In this document: piece after piece, positions 28,185-34,351 of the stretch
How the letters are laid out: every line of letters starts with the position of its first letter
How positions within the stretch are numbered: position 1 is the stretch's first letter
Source of the DNA: Bdellovibrionota bacterium FG-2
GTDB lineage: Bacteria > Bdellovibrionota > UBA1018
Length of the DNA stretch: 34,351 nucleotides
Direction: 5' to 3'
Assembly: GCA_051382305.1 (NCBI GenBank)
Contig: JBBCAV010000393.1
Location: 1-34,351 of the forward strand
Notes under the pieces: generated by a model
What the model was told of the DNA's origin: nothing
Databases searched by the model: none
What the model saw: only the letters and a program-made list of their open reading frames with translations
Translations under genes and position numbers: made by a program

Positions 28185-28544
28185 TTATGCCGCTAAGATC
28201 AGTTCTGCAAAGTTGGCTTGGGGGGCTGACGCACGCCTTGGTCCGATTTCTTTTAGTTCGATTAATCCGAACTCTTTGAGAAGCTTCACGTCTTGATGAA
28301 CGTTCTTGAAGTCGCGCTTCACAAGGCGGGCAAGCTCTTGAATGGACTTGGGCTTCTGGTGACGAATCACATTCAGAAGTTCCATACGTGCACCCGTGAT
28401 GACCCGACCTAATGTTTCAAAGTCCGGGAAGCTGATGATGGTCACATTTGCAAACTTTTTAGAGGGTTTTGATAGTACCCCAAAGGCGCGATCCATCGCC
28501 TTCTTCGGGGATTCTACAATCAACATTGCTCGTTTAGTTTTCAT
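28185..28544 (-). CDS. HVO_A0114-family HTH protein, putative antitoxin (TumA-like)
   Basis: ISFPDFETLGRVITGARMELL...PKSIQELARLVKRDFKNVHQDVKLL winged-helix pattern; overlaps the upstream small gene. Confidence 0.85.
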   Translation of the reverse strand: MKTKRAMLIVESPKKAMDRAFGVLSKPSKKFANVTIISFPDFETLGRVITGARMELLNVIRHQKPKSIQELARLVKRDFKNVHQDVKLLKEFGLIELKEIGPRRASAPQANFAELILAA

Positions 28545-28839
28545 AAATAAATCCTTCCTGTCTAATCATGGCTTCAATGTCTTCGCGCAGCTCTCGGAGT
28601 CCACGATAGACATAGCCTACTTCTTTGTTCCGAATATGAAGATGCGGACCTTTGGGTTTGTGGTTGTCAAATCCGAAAAGAGTGACTCCACTTTCGGAAA
28701 GCCAAGCTCGGTATTTGACGCCATTTGGAAAATGTTTCGTGATTGGAACCTCCCAAATAACAATTTCAAAGATGGCTCTTCGTAACCCGTCCTGATGATT
28801 CAGTACTAATTTCTGGAAGAAGATCTTTGTCGCTTTCAC
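28534..28839 (-). CDS. DUF6516-family protein, putative toxin (TumE-like)
   Basis: IWEVP...FPNGVKYR...FGFDNHKPKGPHLH signature; typical pairing with HVO_A0114. Confidence 0.8.
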   Translation of the reverse strand: MKATKIFFQKLVLNHQDGLRRAIFEIVIWEVPITKHFPNGVKYRAWLSESGVTLFGFDNHKPKGPHLHIRNKEVGYVYRGLRELREDIEAMIRQEGFIYEN

Positions 28840-28847
28840 TAATGGTC

Positions 28848-28876
28848 TTTATACCATAGGACGAATCCGAAGTCAA
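28848..28876 (-). promoter_or_regulatory. sigma70 promoter of the DUF6516/HVO_A0114 operon
   Basis: Minus strand TTGACT (28876-28871), 17 nt, TATAAA (28853-28848) with TGn extension, 8 nt, GTG 28839. Confidence 0.65.
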
Positions 28877-29116
28877 AGTCTGGCACCATCGTGCAGCAGT
28901 TCCGCAGATAGGAATTTTCGGGGCGCGGGGAACAGCAAAAACTAGTGTGGTTGCGGCTCGTTGGGCCTGGCTTCGAATTTGGAGCTATTGGGTAGCAGTT
29001 TCGCAGGGTATTTTTGACGCAAAAATTGCCCGCATCCTGTGGCAAAGGCAAGCTGCGGCCTGACTCCTGCGGGGAATCTTACCGATCATTCTGCGCATGA
29101 GAAAACCAAGTCACGA

Positions 29117-30379
29117 TTACGGGGGTATTGCTGAGGATAGGGGAGATGGCCATGAGAATTTCGCTCCGTCAAAGAGTCCTCTGTAAAGCTGCCTAGCCAG
29201 GGCAATGAGAGTGAGTCCGCGACGAAGGACCGGCTTGAGATTTCCAAAGTAAAAACTTTGAGCCAAAACAAAGGCAATAAATAGGGTCAATACAAAATTG
29301 AGGATGGCCACTGGATTGTGTTTAAAACAGTGATCCAAACTCCAGTGTGTTCCCAGGGTATTAAATAGATCGTTTTCAATGTCCCAACGATGGTGTGCCC
29401 CCGCCCAGAGTTGTGGAGCGGATAGAAGTGATATCGGGAGGGACGTGGCCCACCACCAATTTGTGATTTCCGGCCCCTCAATCCATTGCCCCGCTCGACG
29501 ACGGCGCCTCTGATTGGTTTCTTCGGTGTGAAGCACTCGAACAGGCTCATTCATTCCCACACAAGATGTCAAGGCATCCGCTTCCCAGTACCGGATCGTC
29601 TTTCGCCCTTCCGTTTTCACTTGTGCCGCGACGTTTTGGAACACACCCTCCGCGTCTTTGAGTAGGATTCGGTTTTCATTCTTTACGACCGCTACAACAT
29701 GTTTTCCGTTTTTTCGGCAGAAGTTGAAAAAGGGGGCATTGAAGTAAGGAGCGTCGCCCGTTACTACATCAAAAAATCGTCCATAGTGCTGAAAAACACG
29801 CTCCAGCAAACGCTTTACTGCCGTCAGTTCTCCTTCGCCGGGAAGGATCATTTCAACATCCAGAGGGATCGCCATCTCAAATCCAACAAGGTGACAAACC
29901 ACCCCACGATGATAGTACTCAATCACTTCTTTTCCGTTAACCTCAATTTTACGTTCAGAACAGTCTTTGCAATTTCGGCAGCGATTAGCAAAAAACTCGT
30001 GTCCATCCACGGCCACAAATCTGAGTGGCATGCCAGGATGGGTGCGCATGCATTTGTTGCGCTTTAGATGATGATTGATGGAGCCAAGGAACTCACGCAG
30101 CGGCACTGGATCCATCGAGCAAAACACCCGCCCTAAAGTGTCCGCACTCACTTTTTCTTTACCCACAAGCGCCACAAAACGGCGATTTATTCGCAACTCT
30201 GTTTCAACAGCATTGAGACTGCCCTGCCGAGTAATGAACATCCAAAAGACCGCACCCCAAACTGCGGACGTCGGCGCGGACTTCCTTTTTCGTCCATCTG
30301 TCATCTGATGCGCAAAAGCCTTGAAGTCGAAAACCTTATCAATATACCCGCAAAACCTAGCCATCATGGCAACAGACAA
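29117..30379 (-). CDS. DDE transposase (DDE_Tnp_1 / IS4-like)
   Basis: VAVDG, CRNCKDC insert, GELTAVKRLL, VTGDAPY, RWDIEN. Confidence 0.9.
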   Translation of the reverse strand: MSVAMMARFCGYIDKVFDFKAFAHQMTDGRKRKSAPTSAVWGAVFWMFITRQGSLNAVETELRINRRFVALVGKEKVSADTLGRVFCSMDPVPLREFLGSINHHLKRNKCMRTHPGMPLRFVAVDGHEFFANRCRNCKDCSERKIEVNGKEVIEYYHRGVVCHLVGFEMAIPLDVEMILPGEGELTAVKRLLERVFQHYGRFFDVVTGDAPYFNAPFFNFCRKNGKHVVAVVKNENRILLKDAEGVFQNVAAQVKTEGRKTIRYWEADALTSCVGMNEPVRVLHTEETNQRRRRRAGQWIEGPEITNWWWATSLPISLLSAPQLWAGAHHRWDIENDLFNTLGTHWSLDHCFKHNPVAILNFVLTLFIAFVLAQSFYFGNLKPVLRRGLTLIALARQLYRGLFDGAKFSWPSPLSSAIPP

Positions 30380-30380
30380 T

Positions 30381-30764
30381 CTACTTTCTGAGTGATGATT
30401 GGCTCGTTTCGGGAGGCTCAGATCCAGTTTGATCTTCTTGCTTGGCTTCGAGAAACCGCGTGAGACAAATTTCAGAAACCCGGTCCATCAACTGTTCGGT
30501 TTCTTTATAACTCGCGATCCAAGACTTGAGGGTCGCCTCCCAGGCACTCGGCACGTAAATCATTTTTCTTTTTCCCTTCGCTACACGGGTCGCCAAATAC
30601 AACGACACATGTTTTTCACCTGCAGCACATTTACAATTAGGATTGCCGCAAGTACGAGCCATGGTGACCAAGCTCCCCCTGATTAATGCCCTGCCGTGAA
30701 GAAGTTTTAGCAGCTTGGAGCGCAAGCCTCTTTCTTCGGATGATAAATGTCCTCTGTGTCGCAC
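30381..30764 (-). CDS. DUF6788-like small Cys/His protein inside the IS
   Basis: LIRGSL...TCGNPNCKCAAGEKH...YL motif; likely GTG start at 30764 after GGGAG; stop 1 nt before transposase TTG. Confidence 0.8.
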   Translation of the reverse strand: MRHRGHLSSEERGLRSKLLKLLHGRALIRGSLVTMARTCGNPNCKCAAGEKHVSLYLATRVAKGKRKMIYVPSAWEATLKSWIASYKETEQLMDRVSEICLTRFLEAKQEDQTGSEPPETSQSSLRK

Positions 30765-31028
30765 CGTTCTCCCTGTTTTGCTGTAAGTTATTGACTGATA
30801 TAGTTTCATATATCCGTTTAGACTCAAAAAGCAAAGCATTTCGAGAATGCGAAAATGCTCCGAATCTGGTTTTGAGGTTAAGTGGCCGAATCGATGGAGT
30901 TAAGCGCCCCGAAAATTCCTATCTGCGAAACTGCTGACCATCGTGAGGTTCGCGAGTCTCTTTGGGGAGACATTGGGGGGCAGCTGTGTAACTGCTCGAT
31001 AATAGGAGGAAAGTTTGATAGTTTTAAA

Positions 31029-31078
31029 TGGCGCACCCGGAGCGACTCGTACTCCCGACCAACTGGTTCGAAGCCAGT
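31029..31078 (-). tRNA. 3' half of tRNA-Arg(UCG), degenerate; att junction, not a full gene
   Basis: Minus strand ACTGG-CTTCGAA-CCAGT anticodon arm, TGGTC variable loop, GGGAG-TACGAGT-CGCTC damaged T arm, CGGGTGC-G-CCA end; no D arm or 5' acceptor strand upstream. Confidence 0.85.
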
Positions 31079-31137
31079 AAGCGGGGGTACTACATGCTAC
31101 GACACGTTGCTATAAGTAGCTGAAAAGATGGGAAACA

Positions 31138-31220
31138 AAGGTGACTGTTTTGCACCACTTAGCATGGATTTCGATGTTTCCTGGTCACTTATTGGTGACT
31201 TGAATCTATAAGTCACCAGG
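31138..31220. repeat. Cluster of TGGT(G/C)ACTT motifs, candidate integrase arm-type sites
   Basis: TGGTCACTT 31182-31190, TGGTGACTT 31193-31201, inverted AAGTCACCA 31210-31218, partial AGGTGACT near 31139. Confidence 0.6.
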
Positions 31221-31260
31221 TATGACTCACTCACATCGACCTCTGTTCTTCTGTGTTTCG

Positions 31261-31287
31261 AATTTTGCAAGCACTGCGTGCAAAATT
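31261..31287. repeat. Palindromic site A (10-7-10)
   Basis: AATTTTGCAA-GCACTGC-GTGCAAAATT; arms 9/10 complementary. Confidence 0.8.
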
Positions 31288-31305
31288 GGCGGCATCCCCA
31301 CGATA

Positions 31306-31334
31306 TTGACAGTGTACAACAATAGGTGTACAGT
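31306..31334 (+). promoter_or_regulatory. hicAB promoter with overlapping operator
   Basis: TTGACA (31306-31311), 17 nt, TACAGT (31329-31334); TGTACA-N8-TGTACA dyad at 31313-31332. Confidence 0.6.
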
Positions 31335-31337
31335 TGT

Positions 31338-31535
31338 ATGAAGAAGCGGGATCTGGAAAAGAAGCTTTCTGATCTCGGCTGGTACTTCTTGCGAGCAGGG
31401 TCGGATCACGACATCTGGACTAACGGGGCTGATATTGAGCCTGTGGGTCGGCATCGTGAGATCCCTGAAGGGACTGCAAGGAAGATTCTCAGAACAGCAA
31501 TGCACTACCCTGGCGAAAAGAAGGAGAAGAAGTAA
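31338..31535 (+). CDS. hicA: HicA-family mRNA interferase toxin
   Basis: MKKRDLEKKL...GWYFLRAGSDHDIW...VGRHREIPEGTARKIL. Confidence 0.92.
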   Translation: MKKRDLEKKLSDLGWYFLRAGSDHDIWTNGADIEPVGRHREIPEGTARKILRTAMHYPGEKKEKK

Positions 31536-31536
31536 A

Positions 31537-31977
31537 ATGCGAATCGAAGGTCATATGTGGAAAGATGGAAAATTTTGGATCGTAGAAATTCCGGCACTCG
31601 ATTTGATGACTCAGGGGCTATCGAAAACCGAGGCTTACCGAGTTGCGGGTACAGTAGTCGAGGACGTTGTTGGCAAAGAAGGATTTAAAGTCACGGTGGG
31701 AAAAGCGGGTAAGACGGCTGGCAAGGATAGCTTCGTTCTCGAAGCTAATGACTCGTCTGAGATGATCTCTTTAATGTTGAGGCGGCAGCGGGTAAAAAAA
31801 GGCATCAGTGTGCGTGAGGCATCCGCGTTGATGGGATCTAGTTCTCCTAACGCTTGGGGAGCTTACGAACAGGGCAAGCGTCTCCCGACATTGGATCAAC
31901 TTGAAAGAATGATTCAGGCTTTGAATAAGAGGAGTCAGTTAGTGCTGAGGATCGACAGCGAGGAGAGCGCGGCTTAG
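31537..31977 (+). CDS. hicB: HicB-family antitoxin with C-terminal XRE HTH
   Basis: WIVEIPALDLMTQGLSKTEA HicB motif; GISVREASALMG...YEQGKRLPTL HTH; AAGGAG RBS. Confidence 0.9.
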   Translation: MRIEGHMWKDGKFWIVEIPALDLMTQGLSKTEAYRVAGTVVEDVVGKEGFKVTVGKAGKTAGKDSFVLEANDSSEMISLMLRRQRVKKGISVREASALMGSSSPNAWGAYEQGKRLPTLDQLERMIQALNKRSQLVLRIDSEESAA

Positions 31978-31993
31978 TTGATAGGTAGCCGTC

Positions 31994-32020
31994 AATTGTG
32001 AACTCAGTGCGTTCACAATT
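31994..32020. repeat. Palindromic site B (10-7-10), inverted homologue of site A
   Basis: AATTGTGAAC-TCAGTGC-GTTCACAATT; arms perfectly complementary. Confidence 0.85.
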
Positions 32021-32065
32021 CCGCAGGCAGCGCGTGCGAAATGTTTATGGGTTTAGCGAGGCAGT

Positions 32066-33235
32066 ATGAAACTCACAAAATCGGTAATTGATCGGGCTAA
32101 GTATGAGGGCGATGGAGTAGGGCGCTTTGTTCTATGGGACAGCTCGCTAAGTGGTTTTGGACTTCGCATTTATCCTTCAGGGCGTAAGGCGTTTATCTTG
32201 AGCTATCGTTTCCAGGGGCGGAAGCGGCTGCTGACCCTAGGTGATTTTGGAGAGCTGACACTTGATCAGGCTCGGGACCGGGCGCTTCGCGCGAACCTGA
32301 GTGCGAAAGACGGAGAAGATCCGCTCGCAGATCGTCGTCGGGAGGTAGCGGGAGAAACTGTTGGTGATCTTTGTGATAGCTACCTTGAGCGTCACGCGAA
32401 GATTCATAAAAAGAGCTGGAAAGAAGATGAGCGTCGCCTTGATCGTTTTATCCGCCCAGCATGGAAAGCTCATAAGGTCCGTTCGATAAGCGCGGAAGAC
32501 GTAGCTCATCTTCATCTTCGCATTGGCAAACAAGCTCCTTACGAGGCCAATCGAGTTCTAGAGATCATTTCGAAGATGTTTGAGCTCGCAAGGCGCTGGA
32601 GGATGTTTGACGAGGGGGCACCGAATCCCGCTCGCGATATTGACAAGTTTCCCGAGAAGAAGAGAGATCGTTGGCTGACCTCTGAAGAACTCCCTCGGCT
32701 GGCAAAAGCCATTGGTGACGAGCAGAGTGTTTATGTTCGTGCCGCGATCTGGCTCTATCTTTTTACGGGGGTTCGAAAATCCGAGCTTCTTAATGCCAAG
32801 TGGGAGGATGTGGATCTACAGCGGCGGGAACTCCGGCTCCCTGATACTAAGTCGGGCAGGACTCACTACGTTCCACTATCTGAGCCGGCGTTGGATCTTC
32901 TCCGAGCAATCCCTCGCGAATGCGAGAATCCTTATGTGCTTCCAGGTCATGTGAAGGGTAAGGCTCTCGTCAATATCAGCAAGCCTTGGTATCGAATTCG
33001 GAAGGCTGCAAAAGTTGAAGACGCGAGACTGCATGATCTTAGGCGAACGGTCGGGAGCATGATGGCCCAAGGGGGGCAGAGCCTTCAGACGATAGGGAAA
33101 GTATTGAATCATTCAAGTCTTGCGATAACCCAAGGGGTGTATGCGCATCTTTCGGATACTCAGGCGAGGGCGGCTCTCGATGCTCATGGGCGGGTTATTT
33201 CGGATATTGCAAAAGGGAATGTGAGTGCGCCATGA
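32066..33235 (+). CDS. P4-like tyrosine integrase with N-terminal arm-binding domain
   Basis: WDSSLSGFGLRIYPSGRKAF arm domain; TGVRKSE, TKSG, HDLRR, LNH, VYAH catalytic residues. Confidence 0.95.
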   Translation: MKLTKSVIDRAKYEGDGVGRFVLWDSSLSGFGLRIYPSGRKAFILSYRFQGRKRLLTLGDFGELTLDQARDRALRANLSAKDGEDPLADRRREVAGETVGDLCDSYLERHAKIHKKSWKEDERRLDRFIRPAWKAHKVRSISAEDVAHLHLRIGKQAPYEANRVLEIISKMFELARRWRMFDEGAPNPARDIDKFPEKKRDRWLTSEELPRLAKAIGDEQSVYVRAAIWLYLFTGVRKSELLNAKWEDVDLQRRELRLPDTKSGRTHYVPLSEPALDLLRAIPRECENPYVLPGHVKGKALVNISKPWYRIRKAAKVEDARLHDLRRTVGSMMAQGGQSLQTIGKVLNHSSLAITQGVYAHLSDTQARAALDAHGRVISDIAKGNVSAP

Positions 33236-33702
33236 AGGTGGGGGACCTTGTCAAGGCTCTGGTGGATAAAAGTCAGGCGAGCGGTTTCATAAAACTCATT
33301 GAAGGTGGGACTGCTTTATTTGGTTGTCCGCGAGGGCAAGAGGTTTCAAGAGATGTTACTTCATCTGTGTTGGCACTTCAGGATCAGCGAGCTTTTCAAT
33401 TAGCCGTTCTATCGTATGCTCAATGTAGATTGGAGCAGCTCGGGCTAAGTCCGACAATTTGGAAGGGCTTGGTCCCTCATTTGGGGGTTGGTGGCAAAAT
33501 AAAGTTCACTGTTACGAAGAAGGTGAAGCAAGATTTGGGTCCCCAAATTGACTCCGTCGATGAATACTGGACGGCGTGGAATGCTGCGAAAGTTGCATCA
33601 GCGATTAGTGCGGCCATAAGCACGCCTGATATTCGATGCTACAAGCTACCCCCATCTGCCAGTTATACGTGGCTTGGCCCGGCAACCGTACTTGCGGCCT
33701 GA
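33232..33702 (+). CDS. Hypothetical protein coupled to integrase; 3' end probably a deletion read-through
   Basis: ATGA overlap with the integrase stop; last ~27 codons overlap primase-like sequence in another frame. Confidence 0.45.
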   Translation: MKVGDLVKALVDKSQASGFIKLIEGGTALFGCPRGQEVSRDVTSSVLALQDQRAFQLAVLSYAQCRLEQLGLSPTIWKGLVPHLGVGGKIKFTVTKKVKQDLGPQIDSVDEYWTAWNAAKVASAISAAISTPDIRCYKLPPSASYTWLGPATVLAA

Positions 33703-34249
33703 TGGTAGCCTGATGACAATGGCTGGCTATGATTCAGAAACCACGATGTTCGGCGTGTTTGATGCGCGAGTCTTTTCGATACCGTCAATGCCAACGCGGA
33801 CTGATGCGGAGGCAGCAATGGCAGAGTTAAAAGATCTCCTCACGGAATTTAGTTTCGCGAGTAATGCGGACTATGCGGCTGCACTAAATGCGATTCTAAC
33901 TGCCAGTATTCGCCCAAGTCTGCCCGTAGCGCCGATGTTCCATGTAAAAGCGCATATGCTCGGCTCGGGCAAGTCGTTTCTTTGTGAGCTAATAACCGCT
34001 TTTGCTACCCCCAAACGGGGCGCGCCAACAGCATTTCCCGGAGATGACGAAGAGTGCCGAAAACTTCTCTTGGCTGAATTATTGCGCTCACCTGCTGTGA
34101 TAGAATTTGATAATCTTACTGGCGACTTGGTTGCACACAAGAGTTTGTGTACGGCCCTTACTTCAGAGCATATGAGCGGACGAATTCTTGGAATATCGAA
34201 AACTGCAACGGTTGGAACGCGAACGGCGTTGTTGCGTAATTCCCCCTGA
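33620..34249 (+). pseudogene. Internal fragment of a satellite/plasmid-type primase-helicase (P-loop ATPase)
   Basis: Frame open from 33620 (ARLIFDATSYPHLPVIRGLARQPYLRPDG) after a stop with no RBS/ATG; Walker A-like GSGKS, Walker B-like IEFDN, GRILG; ends abruptly after TRTALL. Confidence 0.65.
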
Positions 34250-34351
34250 CAAAACGGGGGGATGGGCGCGGGACGGTTATGTCGCGGGATGTGACTTGGG
34301 CATACCGATGCAGCTCATTCTATTTAGAATCAGAACTTTAATCTGAGCTTC

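Larger units (their letters stand above)
28894..30936 (-). mobile_element. Intact two-ORF insertion sequence (IS4-like DDE superfamily), 2043 bp
   Basis: 33-bp IRs with one mismatch (CAGCAGTT[C/T]CGCAGATAGGAATTTTCGGGGCGC; 28894-28926 and 30904-30936); 9-bp TSD ACCATCGTG at 28885-28893 and 30937-30945. Confidence 0.95.

Noticed and set aside
31029-31110. Complete tRNA-Arg gene
   Set aside because: No D arm or 5' acceptor strand complementary to CGGGTGC upstream.
31435-31536. Long N-terminus of the hicB ORF
   Set aside because: Overlaps hicA; RBS and HicB motif support ATG 31537.
31261-32020. Sites A/B as Rho-independent terminators or integron attC sites
   Set aside because: No U tracts follow the stems; no clear RYYYAAC...GTTRRRY attC boxes, and the integrase is P4-like with an arm-binding domain rather than IntI-like.
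742-34140. Numerous short antisense or alternate-frame ORFs in the track
   Set aside because: They lie within well-supported genes and show no motifs or start signals of their own.
1-34351. CRISPR array, cas genes, rRNA, reverse transcriptase/retron/DGR
   Set aside because: No regularly spaced repeats or matching protein motifs seen by eye.

Overview
The window has two parts. 1-25.9 kb looks like core chromosome of a probable Bdellovibrionota/Oligoflexia-type bacterium (inferred from gene content only). It holds a partial Rsm22-like SAM methyltransferase running off the left edge (absent from the ORF track), ssb, a polyprenol-P-mannose synthase and a peptidoglycan block (L,D-transpeptidase+NTF2, beta-lactamase-family hydrolase, mpl). 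Next come a dense signalling block (Ser/Thr kinase, orphan OmpR regulator, STAS-like, HDOD, HD-GYP, PP2C), cystathionine beta-synthase and gamma-lyase, a secreted polysaccharide deacetylase and phospholipase D, an MFS transporter and a divergent GH15. 25.9-34.35 kb is a decaying mobile region: an IS66 pseudogene cut by an IS256, a DUF6516/HVO_A0114 (TumE/TumA-like) toxin-antitoxin pair, and an intact 2043-bp two-ORF IS (33-bp IRs, 9-bp TSD). It continues with a 3' half of tRNA-Arg(UCG) marking an att junction, hicAB, a P4-like tyrosine integrase and a doubly truncated primase/helicase. The most notable unexplained signals are (i) two related 10-7-10 palindromic sites in inverted orientation that bracket the hicAB module beside the integrase, (ii) repeated leaderless promoter-to-start-codon architecture, and (iii) overlapping sigma28-like and sigma70-like divergent promoters at the cell-wall recycling operon. 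All calls were made by eye; no database search was run.
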